Positions 33,833 to 46,024 are shown, numbered from the stretch's first letter. The stretch is 64,000 nt of DNA from Cytophagales bacterium (GCA_045568775.1 JBJLAJ010000004.1:4750-68749); one strand, 5' to 3'. Notes: generated by a model not told the origin, from the sequence alone. Numbers and translations are program-made.

Positions 33833-35668
33833 ATGAATACTTACCTAAGAATTCTATCAGAAGCGAGTCCATTTGGGAAAATACTACCCTTATACCTTCT
33901 TTTAACGCTTTTATATATTCTTTTTAGCATGGTAAATTACTCAGTTTTAATACCACTTCTTGAAGTTTTATTTAATCAAGTAAAGATAGATAATATAGAA
34001 AAAGTGAGTGAAATGAAAAGTTTCGAGTTCTCAATAGAGTATGTTAGAAATATTTTTTATTCTCATTTCAATGAATTAATTATAAATAATGGTAGACAAG
34101 AAGCCTTAAAATTTGTCTGTTTTGTTATGTTATCATCTGTGTTTTTAGCTAATCTTTTCAGGTATTTTTCAGCCATAATGATTGCTAGAGTTAGAGTAAG
34201 AGTTGTTACTAATTTAAGGAATTCATTATATGACAAAATAATAAACTTTAAAATCAACTTTTTTACAGACAAAAAGAAAGGAGATGTCATATCTAGGCTA
34301 ACCAGTGACATCCAACAGATTGAAAACTCAGTTATAAATTCTGTAACAGTACTTTTCAAAGAGCCAGCTTTTATTCTGGGTTTATTCTTTATTTTAAGTA
34401 CTATATCAACTAAACTTACTTTTTACACTCTGGTACTTGTACCCATATCAGGATACTTAATATCAACAGTTGCAAGACACTTAAAAATTAAGGCAGCGTT
34501 TAGCCAGAAAGCTCTAGGAAAAATCAATAATATTATCAATGAGACATTAGATGGAATCAGAATAATTAAATTATTTACGGCAAATAACTTTATGAGAAAT
34601 AGATTTAAACATGAAGTCAATGACTACGGAAAACAAAACCTTTCTATGTATAAAAGATTTGAACTATCTAACCCAATTACTGAATTCCTCGGAATAGCAA
34701 CAGTTGCCTTACTACTTCTTATAGGTGGTGATATGGTTCTTAATAATTCCTCAACTATTAGTGCATCAGAATTCATCGCATTTATAATTATTTTTTCTCA
34801 AGTATTGCCACCAGCTAAAGCACTTACTACAACATTTAATACAGTTCAAAGAGGTTTAGCATCAGCTGAAAGAGTTTTTGAATATATTGACAAAGTTGAA
34901 ATTAGAGAAGAAGATAAAGGGCTAGAAAAAATTAAGGATATAAAAAACTCTATATCTTTTGAAGGTGTTTACTTTGCTTATAAAAATGAGAATGTACTGA
35001 AAAACATTAGTTTTAAAATCAATAAAGGAGATAAAATTGCTATTGTAGGTCCATCAGGCAGTGGCAAATCAACTATCATAGATCTCCTCTCAAAATTCTA
35101 TAAAGCAAAGTCTGGAGATATAAAGATAGATGGTAAAAATATTAATACTTATGATACATATGACATAAGAAAGTTAATAGGGATTGTTACCCAGGAGTCT
35201 TTGCTCTTTCATGATAGTATTAGAAATAATATAACTTTTGGTAGTGACAAAATAGACGAAAAGAAAATGATTGAATCTGCAAAGATTGCAAACGCATATA
35301 ATTTTATTGATGATCTAGATGATAAATTTGAGACAGAAATTGGAGAGAGGGGTTTAAAATTATCTGGAGGTCAAAGACAGAGGATATGCATTGCAAGAGC
35401 AATCTATAAAGACCCTCCCATTTTAATTTTTGATGAGGCAACTTCTTCATTAGATTCTAAATCCGAGATATCAGTTCAAAAGGCTGTAGAAGAAGTCATG
35501 AAAGATAGAACATCAATAATTATAGCGCATAGGTTAAGTACAATAAAAAATGTTGATAAAATAATAGTAATCGATGATGGGAAAATTATAGAAATGGGAA
35601 GTCATCAAGAACTTATTAAAAAAGATGATTTTTATTCTAAACTAAGTAAAATGCAAAATTTGAGTTAA
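33833..35668 (+). CDS. MsbA-like ABC transporter (fused permease/ATPase)
   Basis: TM domain, GPSGSGKST, LSGGQRQR, FDEATSSLD, IAHRLST. Confidence 0.92.
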   Translation: MNTYLRILSEASPFGKILPLYLLLTLLYILFSMVNYSVLIPLLEVLFNQVKIDNIEKVSEMKSFEFSIEYVRNIFYSHFNELIINNGRQEALKFVCFVMLSSVFLANLFRYFSAIMIARVRVRVVTNLRNSLYDKIINFKINFFTDKKKGDVISRLTSDIQQIENSVINSVTVLFKEPAFILGLFFILSTISTKLTFYTLVLVPISGYLISTVARHLKIKAAFSQKALGKINNIINETLDGIRIIKLFTANNFMRNRFKHEVNDYGKQNLSMYKRFELSNPITEFLGIATVALLLLIGGDMVLNNSSTISASEFIAFIIIFSQVLPPAKALTTTFNTVQRGLASAERVFEYIDKVEIREEDKGLEKIKDIKNSISFEGVYFAYKNENVLKNISFKINKGDKIAIVGPSGSGKSTIIDLLSKFYKAKSGDIKIDGKNINTYDTYDIRKLIGIVTQESLLFHDSIRNNITFGSDKIDEKKMIESAKIANAYNFIDDLDDKFETEIGERGLKLSGGQRQRICIARAIYKDPPILIFDEATSSLDSKSEISVQKAVEEVMKDRTSIIIAHRLSTIKNVDKIIVIDDGKIIEMGSHQELIKKDDFYSKLSKMQNLS

Positions 35669-36235
35669 ATGGAAAAAATAAAAAGAGAATTACTTGAGGC
35701 ACATGACTTACTTAAAAAGTTTATGGATGATGAGTCTACCCTTGAGAAGATTAATGATGCAGCAAAAGAAATAAAAAAATCGATTAAAGCTGGCGGAAAG
35801 GTTATCTCTTGTGGCAATGGTGGTTCCATGTGTGATGCAATGCATTTTGCTGAAGAGCTAACAGGGAAATTTAGAGAAGAGAGAAAAGCTCTCCCAGCAG
35901 TCTCCATATCTGATCCTTCTCACATAACATGTGTTGGAAATGACTATGGCTTTGAACATATATTTTCTAAGTATATCGAAGGAGTTGGAAAAAAGGGAGA
36001 TGTTTTATTAGCTATTAGTACTAGTGGAAACTCAAATAATATTATTAATGCTGCAAAATTTGCTAAAAATAATAATATAAAAGTGATTGCTCTAACAGGG
36101 AAAGATGGTGGAGAGTTAGGTAAAATTTCTGATATTGAAATAAGAGTTCCTCACTTTGGATATTCAGATAGAATTCAAGAGATTCACATTAAAATAATTC
36201 ATATACTTATATTATTAATAGAAAAGAACATATGA
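35669..36235 (+). CDS. gmhA: D-sedoheptulose 7-phosphate isomerase
   Basis: [33 protein letters not shown]. Confidence 0.95.
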   Translation: MEKIKRELLEAHDLLKKFMDDESTLEKINDAAKEIKKSIKAGGKVISCGNGGSMCDAMHFAEELTGKFREERKALPAVSISDPSHITCVGNDYGFEHIFSKYIEGVGKKGDVLLAISTSGNSNNIINAAKFAKNNNIKVIALTGKDGGELGKISDIEIRVPHFGYSDRIQEIHIKIIHILILLIEKNI

Positions 36236-38337
36236 GAAAAATTACATTTTTAATATTAACACTAATCATTTCTTGTGATATGAAAAAAAAAGAACTTATT
36301 GAACCTAAAGCAAAGAAAATTGAGAAGATTCTATCAATTCATGGAGATGATAGAATAGATGAATATTATTGGCTTAATCAAAGAGGCGATGAAGATGTGA
36401 TCGATTATCTTAATGAAGAAAACGATTACCGAAATGAATTTATGAAAAGTTATAAGCCACTTGAAGATGAAATTTTTCAGGAGATAAAATCAAGAATTAA
36501 AGAAGATGACAGCAGTGTCCCATACTTTGACAATGGCTACTACTACTATACGAGATATGAAAAAGATAAGCAGTACCCAATATACTGTCGTAAAAAAGAA
36601 TCATTAGAGGGGATAGAAGAAATTCTAATAGATGCTAATTTAATGTCTAAGGGTTACGATTATTTTAGAGTTGGAACTATTGAAATTAGCCCTGACAATA
36701 AGACAATGGCTTATAGTGTTGATACCATAAGTAGGAGAATATATACTATCTACTTTATGGATTTAGATTCAAGAATAATTTCAAAAAAGAATCTTCCAAA
36801 TACCTCTGGCTCCATCACCTGGGCAAACGATAACAAAACAATTTTTTATAACAATAAAAACCTAGAGACACTAAGAAGTGATAGAATAATGAGGTTTGAA
36901 TTAGGAGAAAATGGAACTAGCAATGAAGTTTACTTCGAGGAAGATGAGACCTTTAGTGTATTTTCATACAAGACAAAAACCGAAAAATATATTGTAATTG
37001 GATCAAGCGCAACACTATCACAAGAATACAGAGTTTTAAATGCTGATAATCCAAAGGGGGAATTTAAACTTTTCCAGGAAAGAGTTAATGGTTTAGAATA
37101 TTCCATATCTCATTTCCAAGATAAATGGTTTATTACAACAAATAAGGATGATGCAATAAATTTCAAGGTAATGACTTGCTCAGAATCAAAAACAGGATCA
37201 GAAAACTGGGTAGATTACATTAAACACAGAGAAGATGTGCTTTTAGGGGAAATTGAAGTTTTTGATGATTTTCTTGTAGTCTCAGAAAGAGAGAATGGAT
37301 TAAGAAGGATTGATATTAGACCATGGAATGACAAGGGAAGACACTTCATAAATTTTGACGAAGAAACATACTCACTTTATTTAAGCTCAAATCCTCAAAT
37401 AGAGACAAAAAAATTAAGATATAACTATTCCTCAATGACCACACCCAACTCTGTAATAGAATACGATATGGTAACAAAAGAGAGAAAAGTATTGAAAGAG
37501 GCTGAAGTTCTTGGAGGTAAATTTGATAAGACTAATTACCAAAGTAAAAGAGTTTGGGCCACAGCAAGAGATGGTAAAAAAGTACCTATTTCATTAGTTT
37601 ATAGAAAAGATATGTTTAATGAAGGTCAAAACCCTCTACTTTTATATGGTTATGGTTCTTATGGAATAACAAATAGTGCTAGCTTTAGCTCAGTTAGATT
37701 GAGTCTATTAGACAGAGGTTTTGTATATGCTATAGCACACATAAGAGGCAGTCAGTATCTAGGAAGACCATGGTACGATGACGGAAAAATGTTCAAAAAG
37801 AAAAATACATTTTATGATTTTATTGATGCTGGAAAATTTCTTATCACACAAGGATATGTCAATGAAAATAAATTATTTGCCATGGGTGGAAGTGCTGGGG
37901 GATTATTAATGGGAGCTGTTTCAAATATAGAGCCAGGACTATTTCGAGGAATAGTTGCAGGTGTGCCTTTTGTGGATGTTATAACAACAATGCTAGATGA
38001 AGATATCCCTCTCACAACATTTGAGTATGATGAATGGGGTAACCCCAATAATAAAGATTCATATGATTATATGTTATCCTACTCACCTTATGATCAAGTG
38101 GAAAGAAAAGATTATCCCGCAATATTTATAACAACAGGTTATCACGATTCTCAGGTTCAATACTTTGAGCCTGCAAAATGGATTGCAAGGCTTAGAGACA
38201 TGAGAACTAATAAAGAGCCGCTTTTAATGTATTGCAATATGGATGCGGGTCATGGTGGTGCTTCAGGAAGATTTGAAGCATATAAAGAAACGGCTATGGA
38301 GTACGCATTTTTTATATCTTTATTAGATGACAAATAA
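36232..38337 (+). CDS. ptrB: Oligopeptidase B (S9A)
   Basis: [37 protein letters not shown]. Confidence 0.93.
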   Translation: MRKITFLILTLIISCDMKKKELIEPKAKKIEKILSIHGDDRIDEYYWLNQRGDEDVIDYLNEENDYRNEFMKSYKPLEDEIFQEIKSRIKEDDSSVPYFDNGYYYYTRYEKDKQYPIYCRKKESLEGIEEILIDANLMSKGYDYFRVGTIEISPDNKTMAYSVDTISRRIYTIYFMDLDSRIISKKNLPNTSGSITWANDNKTIFYNNKNLETLRSDRIMRFELGENGTSNEVYFEEDETFSVFSYKTKTEKYIVIGSSATLSQEYRVLNADNPKGEFKLFQERVNGLEYSISHFQDKWFITTNKDDAINFKVMTCSESKTGSENWVDYIKHREDVLLGEIEVFDDFLVVSERENGLRRIDIRPWNDKGRHFINFDEETYSLYLSSNPQIETKKLRYNYSSMTTPNSVIEYDMVTKERKVLKEAEVLGGKFDKTNYQSKRVWATARDGKKVPISLVYRKDMFNEGQNPLLLYGYGSYGITNSASFSSVRLSLLDRGFVYAIAHIRGSQYLGRPWYDDGKMFKKKNTFYDFIDAGKFLITQGYVNENKLFAMGGSAGGLLMGAVSNIEPGLFRGIVAGVPFVDVITTMLDEDIPLTTFEYDEWGNPNNKDSYDYMLSYSPYDQVERKDYPAIFITTGYHDSQVQYFEPAKWIARLRDMRTNKEPLLMYCNMDAGHGGASGRFEAYKETAMEYAFFISLLDDK

Positions 38338-39899
38338 TGAATAAATCCATTAGAATTTACCTACTAATAATCATCTGTTTTTCTTCATGTACAACTAAAG
38401 TTGAGCAACCAAATATCATATTTATAATGTCTGACGATCATGCTTTTCAGGCTGTAAGTGCATACGGACATAATTTAAATAACACACCTAACATAGATAG
38501 GATTGCTCAGGAGGGAGCAATATTTAATAAAGGTTTTGTAACTAATTCGATATGTGCACCTAGCAGAGCGGTCATGTTAACAGGGAAGCACAGTTTTATC
38601 AATGGTAAAGTTGATAATATTCAACCATACAACTGGAATCAGCCAAATTTTGCAAAAAGTCTCCAAAAGGGAGGTTATGAAACTGCACTAGTAGGTAAAA
38701 TACACCTGAGGGGTGAACCTCAAGGTTTTGACTTCTGGTCGGTTCTTCCAGGACAAGGACACTACTACAATCCAGTATTTATTGAAAATGGAGATACCAT
38801 TCAAATTGAAGGTCATGTCACACCTATAACCACTGAGAAAAGTTTAGATTGGTTAAAAAACAAAAGAGACCAAAACAAACCTTTTCTTTTACTATATCAC
38901 CAAAAAGCTCCTCACAGAAACTGGATGACAGAAGAAAAATACTTAACATTATTTGACGATAAAACATTTGACCCACCTTCAAATTTTTTTGATAATTATG
39001 AAGGTAGAGGTCGAGCAGCAAAAGAACAAGAGATGAAGATAGATGGCCACGGATACTGGGGTCATGATTTTAAATTTTTATCAGATCCATTCACTGGTGA
39101 AAACACAAATTTTGATAGACAACTAAGCAGATTAACAGAAGAACAAAGAACTAAATGGCTTGATGCATATACACCTAAAAACAATTTATTTAGATCAATG
39201 AATCTTGAAGGAAAAGAATTAGCTGTTTGGAAATTTAATAGGTATATAAAAGATTATCTTAGGACTATCCAATCAATTGATGATGGTGTTGGAGAAATTT
39301 TAGATTATCTAGATTCTAATAACTTATCTGAGAACACAATAGTTATCTATACATCTGACCAAGGTTTTTATCTGGGTGAACACGGTTGGTATGATAAGAG
39401 ATTTATGTATGAAGAATCTCTCAGGACTCCCATTCTAATGAGATACCCTAAAGAAATTATGAGAGGGACTGAAATAAATCAGTTAATTCAAAATTTGGAT
39501 TTTGCTCCAACATTTTTAGACTATGCGGGAATTAAAATACCAAAAGATATACAAGGAAAATCTTTTAGGAAAATTGTAAATCAAACTCATTCCGAGTGGA
39601 GAGATGCCATTTACTATACTTACTATGAGTACCCTTCCGTTCACATGGTTAAGAGGCATTATGGAGTGAGGACAGATAGATATAAATTAATGCATTTCTA
39701 TTATGATATTGACGAGTGGGAGATGTATGACCTTGAGAAAGATCCGTCTGAAATGAATAACGTCTATGGTGACCCTAAGTATGATAATATAAAAGAGATG
39801 ATGCACAGAAGGCTGCAAGAAATGAGAGAACAATATGGAGATTCTGATGATTTAAATGAAATGCATCTAGAACGGTATTTATCTAAAATAAAAAATTAA
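38337..39899 (+). CDS. Cys-type sulfatase (lipoprotein)
   Basis: PNIIFIMSDDH, CAPSRAVMLTG, GKIH, SDQG. Confidence 0.93.
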   Translation: MNKSIRIYLLIIICFSSCTTKVEQPNIIFIMSDDHAFQAVSAYGHNLNNTPNIDRIAQEGAIFNKGFVTNSICAPSRAVMLTGKHSFINGKVDNIQPYNWNQPNFAKSLQKGGYETALVGKIHLRGEPQGFDFWSVLPGQGHYYNPVFIENGDTIQIEGHVTPITTEKSLDWLKNKRDQNKPFLLLYHQKAPHRNWMTEEKYLTLFDDKTFDPPSNFFDNYEGRGRAAKEQEMKIDGHGYWGHDFKFLSDPFTGENTNFDRQLSRLTEEQRTKWLDAYTPKNNLFRSMNLEGKELAVWKFNRYIKDYLRTIQSIDDGVGEILDYLDSNNLSENTIVIYTSDQGFYLGEHGWYDKRFMYEESLRTPILMRYPKEIMRGTEINQLIQNLDFAPTFLDYAGIKIPKDIQGKSFRKIVNQTHSEWRDAIYYTYYEYPSVHMVKRHYGVRTDRYKLMHFYYDIDEWEMYDLEKDPSEMNNVYGDPKYDNIKEMMHRRLQEMREQYGDSDDLNEMHLERYLSKIKN

Positions 39900-41518
39900 T
39901 TTAAAGAGAACCCTGGGCCTTTAACAAATCTTCCTGAATATTTATTGGTATGTTCTCCATTTAATAGAACAGGTACACCATTGACCAGCACATGATTAAC
40001 CCCCTCTGCAAATTGAAGAGGTTCCTCAAATGTTGCATTATCTTTTACCTCATCTTTATTGAAAATAACAATGTCAGCAAAATAATTTTCTTTAAGCAGC
40101 CCTCTCTCTTTTAACTTTAAGTTACTTGCTGGAAAACCTGTTAACCTCCTTATACCTTCTTCAAGAGGAAAGAGATTTTCATCTCTTGAATATTTGCCAA
40201 GGACTCTTATAAAGCTACCAAAAGCTCTTGGATGAGTTCTAAAACTTTTACTTATATCACTGTAGATTCCAGCGTCAGAGCAGAAAGACACCCATGGTAA
40301 ACTGATTTTTTTCCTAATATTTTCTTCAGACATACTAAAGTATATACACTGTATTCTGTTATCATCTTCTATTATCATATCAATAATTGCCTCCTCAGGG
40401 CTCTGACCTCTCATATCAGCTGCCTCTGCAACAGTTTTTGCTAAATATTTCTTAGACATAGAAGCGGTCCTAAACCCTACCATCAGAATTCCTTCTGGTG
40501 GTTGCTCTGATAATTCTTTTCTTATATCTTCCATCAATCTCTCTCTGACACTAGGATCTTTCATCCTATTAATCCATGCCCTGTGTCCTCCCTCTTGTAC
40601 CCAGGTAGGTATAACCCCAGTTAAACCTGTAGAACTTGCGTTATATGTATATATATCTGCTGTAATTTTTAATCCTTCTTCTCTTACCTCTTCTACCCTT
40701 CTTATTACATCATCTATTTTTTTCCAGTTTGCTTTTCTAGAGCTTTTTAAGTGATATATTTCTGCGGGTATATCTGCATCTCTGGATATTGTTATTAATT
40801 CTTCTAGTGCCTCCATAACCTTATTGTCCTCATTTCTCATGTGAGAAATATACATACCTCCGTACTCTGAAGCAGTCTTGCAAATTTCAATTAACTCCTC
40901 AGTAGATGCATAGTCTCCAGGAGCATAAATAAGAGATGAGCCTATACCCATCGCACCTTCTTTCATAGATTTTTCTACTATTTTTTTCATTCTTTTCATC
41001 TCACCATCTGAAGCAGCTCTATTATCATACCCTACTTCTAAAATCCTTGTTGTCGCTGCACCAAGGAAAGAGGCAATATTTAATGACACTCCATTTTCCT
41101 CTAGTTTATTCATTGCATCACCAAATGAAATTAATTTGCCGTCTTTATAATAAGGTCCAGGTGACGTACCTTCTCCAAAAACTTCTAAAGTAACCCCTTG
41201 TTTTAAATCTGATAGTCCTCTTCCGTCATTCATTAGAGTCCCATAACCCCAACTTAACATATTAATAAAGCCAGGAGATACAGAAAGGCCAGTTGCGTCA
41301 ATTGTAGTATCTGAAACAAAATTTGTGTTTTGCCCAACGTATATTATTTTATCATCTTTTATTCCAACAGACCCAATAAAAGGCTTATCTCCAGAGCCAT
41401 CGTAAATAGTCCCATTGTAAATAACAAGGTCAGCTACAATTGGTTCAACGGGTTTTTTTGAACAAGAAAAAGAGAAAAACAAAAAGGTTAATATTAAAAA
41501 AGAGGAATAATTTTTCAT
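39896..41518 (-). CDS. N-acyl-D-amino-acid deacylase / amidohydrolase family lipoprotein
   Basis: VSPGFIN, SHMRNE, IYHLK, SDAG, HPRAFG, ADIVIF. Confidence 0.88.
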   Translation of the reverse strand: MKNYSSFLILTFLFFSFSCSKKPVEPIVADLVIYNGTIYDGSGDKPFIGSVGIKDDKIIYVGQNTNFVSDTTIDATGLSVSPGFINMLSWGYGTLMNDGRGLSDLKQGVTLEVFGEGTSPGPYYKDGKLISFGDAMNKLEENGVSLNIASFLGAATTRILEVGYDNRAASDGEMKRMKKIVEKSMKEGAMGIGSSLIYAPGDYASTEELIEICKTASEYGGMYISHMRNEDNKVMEALEELITISRDADIPAEIYHLKSSRKANWKKIDDVIRRVEEVREEGLKITADIYTYNASSTGLTGVIPTWVQEGGHRAWINRMKDPSVRERLMEDIRKELSEQPPEGILMVGFRTASMSKKYLAKTVAEAADMRGQSPEEAIIDMIIEDDNRIQCIYFSMSEENIRKKISLPWVSFCSDAGIYSDISKSFRTHPRAFGSFIRVLGKYSRDENLFPLEEGIRRLTGFPASNLKLKERGLLKENYFADIVIFNKDEVKDNATFEEPLQFAEGVNHVLVNGVPVLLNGEHTNKYSGRFVKGPGFSLN

Positions 41519-41559
41519 AGATTTAAGAATTGATTTTATTAAACAAGTATATAATTTTT

Positions 41560-42135
41560 ATGCTATCTCACATAAGAAAATTTACGTTAATTTTTTTCTT
41601 GCTTACATTATTGCCTTATCTCTCATTCTCTCAGAACAAACAGAATAGATATTACAACCCTTTTAGATTTTCGGTTTCTGGATTAACAAAATTTGTAGTA
41701 GGTCCCAATGATCACATTAATAGTAAGTATTTGTTTGACCATGGAATTGGTCTATTAGGAGAGTTAATTTATACATTAGATCAAAAAGCAAAATATGAGA
41801 TCTCTATTGAAGCTGGAATCATGAGAACTTTTTCTAATCCAGACAATTCGTCAACAGAAAAACCTTTAATACCTATAAGTATCAATGCTTACTATTACTT
41901 TTTTGATGAAGAATTCTCACCTTTTATTGGGCTCGGTTTTGGAGCTGAATATTTACATAACTCTAATAAATATTTATTAGAACCTATATTTAAAACTGTG
42001 ATAGGAATATCTAATAATAACTTAAAAGTATTTGGTAGGTGGGGTGTATTAAAGTCAGGTGATTATTCAATTGAAATTGGTATAGGTTATTCATTTAAGG
42101 AAAGACCTTGTGGGTGTTTTCCACAATCTAATTAG
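41560..42135 (+). CDS. Hypothetical exported protein, probable small outer-membrane beta-barrel
   Basis: Signal peptide, FSPFIGLGFG, IGIGYSF. Confidence 0.6.
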   Translation: MLSHIRKFTLIFFLLTLLPYLSFSQNKQNRYYNPFRFSVSGLTKFVVGPNDHINSKYLFDHGIGLLGELIYTLDQKAKYEISIEAGIMRTFSNPDNSSTEKPLIPISINAYYYFFDEEFSPFIGLGFGAEYLHNSNKYLLEPIFKTVIGISNNNLKVFGRWGVLKSGDYSIEIGIGYSFKERPCGCFPQSN

Positions 42136-43207
42136 TTGTTTTACTTCTAGGGTAAGTTTTAAAGAAAATTATTAACCCTAAAATAATCATTGGAATACTT
42201 AGCCACTGCCCCATATTAAGCGGTATGTCTGATTCCCAATCAACTTGATTTTCTTTTAAGAGTTCATCAACAATTCTTAGTGTCCAAAGCACAATCATAA
42301 AAATTGAAAATATAAAACCATCATTTAGAGAGGACCTCCTGAAATACCATAAACTCAGTAGAGATATAAATAATAAAAGACAGTAAAACGCTTCGTACAT
42401 CTGAGCAGGATGCCTAGGGATTCCTGTAGTGTAAATTTCGGCATAATACTTAGAGCCATTTTTAAATATTTTAAAGTCTAAATCTTTTCCTTGTTCCTCA
42501 TAAATATGTTTTCTTATACCCTCATAACCTATTAAATAATTTTTTACATTAGTCCTATAATAATTATTTTCATACTCCTCATCTACACCTACACCTTCAC
42601 CATACTCTAATCTAATTGTTAAAGGAATTCCATTTTCGGTTATGTCTCCATCCCTCTTATGAAATGTAATATTTTCAACTCTTCCATCAAACCTATATGA
42701 TAATATGTCATTTACACTTCTTGCAAATACTACACCATTACCTGATTCTGTTGGTAGCCCAAGAATTTCTGAATTCATAAAATTTCCTGTTCTTATGAAA
42801 GCTCCGGCAAGACATACAACAATAACAATTCTATCCATTACCCAAAAGAAGGGTTCATGTACTTTTCTTGAATAAATAATCATCCCAAGTATAATAGAAA
42901 TAGCAGCGCCATGACTTGCAAGTCCTCCTTCCCATATATATAAAATTTTTAAAGGATTAGAAAGGTAATAAACTGGATCGTAAAATAAACAATGACCAAC
43001 TCTTGCTCCAACAATAGTTGCAATGACCATATATAAAGTTAATCTCTCAACTTCCTCAGGATCTCTTCCATCTAGCTTATACATCCAACGCATTATATAT
43101 GAGCCTATCAAAAAACCTGAGGCAAATAGGAGACCGTACCATCTTGGTGGTAATCCAGATATTATTTCAGGGTTTGCGTTCCAAATTATGTAAAAAACGT
43201 ATTCCAT
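42128..43207 (-). CDS. lgt: Prolipoprotein diacylglyceryl transferase with a soluble insertion
   Basis: RWYGLLFA, GARVGHCLFY, GGLASHG, RTGNFMNSEILG, RHPAQMYE, MGQWLSIP. Confidence 0.93.
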   Translation of the reverse strand: MEYVFYIIWNANPEIISGLPPRWYGLLFASGFLIGSYIMRWMYKLDGRDPEEVERLTLYMVIATIVGARVGHCLFYDPVYYLSNPLKILYIWEGGLASHGAAISIILGMIIYSRKVHEPFFWVMDRIVIVVCLAGAFIRTGNFMNSEILGLPTESGNGVVFARSVNDILSYRFDGRVENITFHKRDGDITENGIPLTIRLEYGEGVGVDEEYENNYYRTNVKNYLIGYEGIRKHIYEEQGKDLDFKIFKNGSKYYAEIYTTGIPRHPAQMYEAFYCLLLFISLLSLWYFRRSSLNDGFIFSIFMIVLWTLRIVDELLKENQVDWESDIPLNMGQWLSIPMIILGLIIFFKTYPRSKTTN

Positions 43208-43208
43208 A

Positions 43209-44666
43209 TTAATTATATTTCCAGAAAACTGGAGTTAATATCATTAAAAAGGTTAGTAGCTCCAATCTCCCAATAAACATTAACAAAGAGAGTAAATACT
43301 TTCCAGCATTAGGGATAGAACTATAGTTACTTGCTGGGCCTACATCACCAATCCCTGGACCTACATTCCCAAGTGTTGCAGCAACTGCACCTATTGAAGT
43401 GATAAAGTCTACTCCCAAAATAGTCATTATTATCGAGCCCAAAGAAAAAATAACAACATACAACATCATAAAGGCAAGTATGTTTGTAACTACACTTTGA
43501 GGAACTTTATTATTATTAAACTTTAAAGTGAAGACAGCAGACTGATGAAGTTGTTTTTTAATTTCATTATAGCTGTTTTTAAGAAGTATAACATGTCTCA
43601 CAATCTTAATCCCTCCAGAAGTAGAACCAGCGGAGGCACCAAAAAACATTAATATAAAAAATAGAATTGTGATGAATTCTGTCCAACCTGTAAAGTCAAC
43701 AATAGTAAATCCAGTAGTAGTTAATATTGATACTACGCTAAAAAGAGCAGACCTAAAAGTTTCCTCAGCATAAGAACTATCTATTCCGAATAAAGTTAAA
43801 AAGATAATAAGGGTTAATATTACTGTGAAAAAGAAATAGATTCTAAACTCTTCATTATTAATAACTTTCTTAAAATTAAGATTAATGGCAAAATATGTTA
43901 AAGTAAAATTTGTAGCTGAAATAAACATAAATAGGATGATTGTATATTGAATCAGTGGAGATTCAAAATAACCAATACTAGCATTTTTTGTTGAAAAACC
44001 TCCAGTTGCAAAAGTAGTCATAGCATGATTAATTGCCTGGAAAGAATCCATTCCCTCAGCCCATAATATAAAAAAAAGAACCACTGTAAACGATATATAT
44101 ATTTGCCATAACCTCTGAGCAGTCTCTTTTATTCTAGGTTGTAATTTATCAACTGAGACACCCGGGGCTTCTGCAACAAATAACTGCATGCCACCAATGC
44201 CTAAGAATGGTAAAATAGCTACTGCTAGTACAATTATACCCATACCACCTATCCACTGAGTTAAACTTCTCCAGTATAGAATACCATGATCTAGTGATTC
44301 AATATCATTTAAAATAGATGCTCCAGTTGTTGTATACCCAGAAACAGTCTCAAAAAAAGCATTAGCAGTACCAGGTATTTGACCAGTTAATATATAAGGG
44401 AGCATACCAAAAAGACACATAAAAATCCAAGAAGATGTGACAATGAGATACCCATCTCTTTTTCTCAATTCTTTATTTTGATTATTTCTAGTAGTATAAT
44501 AAAAGATAAAACCTATAGAAGAATTTATCAATGAAGAAAGTAATATTCCTTTCCAAGAACTTTCAATATGATATATACCAAACGGAACAGCAGTAAGCAT
44601 AAGAAACCCATTAATCATTAATAGAATTCCAATAATATTCCCTATAACTTTTAAATTGAACCTCAT
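43209..44666 (-). CDS. trkH: Trk potassium uptake membrane protein
   Basis: FETVSGYTTTGAS, QWIGGMGI, TGGFS, AGSTSGGIK, NVGPG, GRLE. Confidence 0.95.
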   Translation of the reverse strand: MRFNLKVIGNIIGILLMINGFLMLTAVPFGIYHIESSWKGILLSSLINSSIGFIFYYTTRNNQNKELRKRDGYLIVTSSWIFMCLFGMLPYILTGQIPGTANAFFETVSGYTTTGASILNDIESLDHGILYWRSLTQWIGGMGIIVLAVAILPFLGIGGMQLFVAEAPGVSVDKLQPRIKETAQRLWQIYISFTVVLFFILWAEGMDSFQAINHAMTTFATGGFSTKNASIGYFESPLIQYTIILFMFISATNFTLTYFAINLNFKKVINNEEFRIYFFFTVILTLIIFLTLFGIDSSYAEETFRSALFSVVSILTTTGFTIVDFTGWTEFITILFFILMFFGASAGSTSGGIKIVRHVILLKNSYNEIKKQLHQSAVFTLKFNNNKVPQSVVTNILAFMMLYVVIFSLGSIIMTILGVDFITSIGAVAATLGNVGPGIGDVGPASNYSSIPNAGKYLLSLLMFIGRLELLTFLMILTPVFWKYN

Positions 44667-46024
44667 TTAAACATTGACTCTATAGTATTCTTTGTTTCTT
44701 TTTTGGTAACTACAATAACCCTGTCTTCCGCCTCAAACTCAAATTCACCCCTTGGGAATAATGCTTTATCACCTCTGGTAAGGCCTCCTACTATACTATC
44801 TTTTGGAAAATTTAAATCTTTTAATTTTTTACCTAACAGTTCAGATCCTGGTTTCACTTCAACTTCTATTATTTCAGCATCAACACCTTGTAATGTAGAA
44901 TAATCCAAGAACTTACTTTCACTTATATATTTTGTTATAAAATTTGCAGCCAAATACTTTATGTTAATTGTGGTATTTAATCCCATGTTTTGCGCTAGCG
45001 GTATAAAGTCAATATTTTCAACTTGAGATATGGTCTTCCTTACTCCAGATTCTTTTGCTGCAAGTGATGCTAAAATATTTTTTTCAGTTTCATATGAAAG
45101 AGCAAGAAAAGCATCCATATTATCTAGATCTTCTTCTTTCATCAAATCAATATTTGTAGCAGAACCATTAATAACCATAACATTTGGTAATTCATCCGCA
45201 AATCTTTCACACTTTATAATATCGTCACAAATTAATTTTATATTATATTTTTTAGAAAGATATTTTGCGGTCATATAAGCAAGTGGAGATCCTCCAAATA
45301 TCATTATATTTTTGATGTCTAAACTCTCTTTCCCTGCTAAAGAAAGAACCTTATCAACACCTTTTTCAGACTCTGTGATAAAGTAAGCATGATCACCCTC
45401 CTTAAGAACATTGTGGGAGCGGGGAATGATAGTTTCATTGTGAATTACATCTTCAATATCTCTAACTATAGCAACCGGGGTATAATTAGTATCAGGGTTT
45501 AAATAGGTTGATTCAGCTAATGATTTATCTTTTAATTCAGATTTCTCATCAATCATAATCCCTATGAGATGTAGTTTACCTCCTTCAAACTCTAAAGAGT
45601 CTGTTGCAGCAGATTCTTTGAGAAGGTTTTTAATCTCACTTGCTCCTAATGCTTCTGGATAAATAACCTCATCAATACCTAAAGAAGCTAAATTAAAAGT
45701 ATCCTTTCTGTGTAATAACTCAGTATTTGAAATTCTAGCTATACATTTTTTTGCACCAAAATTTTTACCAATTAAGCAAGATAAAATATTTACCTGTTGT
45801 GATGATGTTACAGCAATTAATAGGTCTGCTTTTTTTGCTCCTGCAGCTTCAAGAGTTCTAATAGATGTTGCATCACCCTTTATTATAGATACATCAAGGT
45901 TGTGTGAGGCTTTTTCGAGCGCTTTTTTATCATGGTCAACAATGACTATATTATGAGATTCCTGTGCAAGTAACTTAGAAAGGTAAAAACCAACTTCACC
46001 TGTTCCCGCAATAATTATATTCAT
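44663..46024 (-). CDS. trkA: Trk potassium uptake NAD-binding subunit
   Basis: MNIIIAGTGEVG and two RCK N/C pairs; upstream of trkH. Confidence 0.93.
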   Translation of the reverse strand: MNIIIAGTGEVGFYLSKLLAQESHNIVIVDHDKKALEKASHNLDVSIIKGDATSIRTLEAAGAKKADLLIAVTSSQQVNILSCLIGKNFGAKKCIARISNTELLHRKDTFNLASLGIDEVIYPEALGASEIKNLLKESAATDSLEFEGGKLHLIGIMIDEKSELKDKSLAESTYLNPDTNYTPVAIVRDIEDVIHNETIIPRSHNVLKEGDHAYFITESEKGVDKVLSLAGKESLDIKNIMIFGGSPLAYMTAKYLSKKYNIKLICDDIIKCERFADELPNVMVINGSATNIDLMKEEDLDNMDAFLALSYETEKNILASLAAKESGVRKTISQVENIDFIPLAQNMGLNTTINIKYLAANFITKYISESKFLDYSTLQGVDAEIIEVEVKPGSELLGKKLKDLNFPKDSIVGGLTRGDKALFPRGEFEFEAEDRVIVVTKKETKNTIESMFK

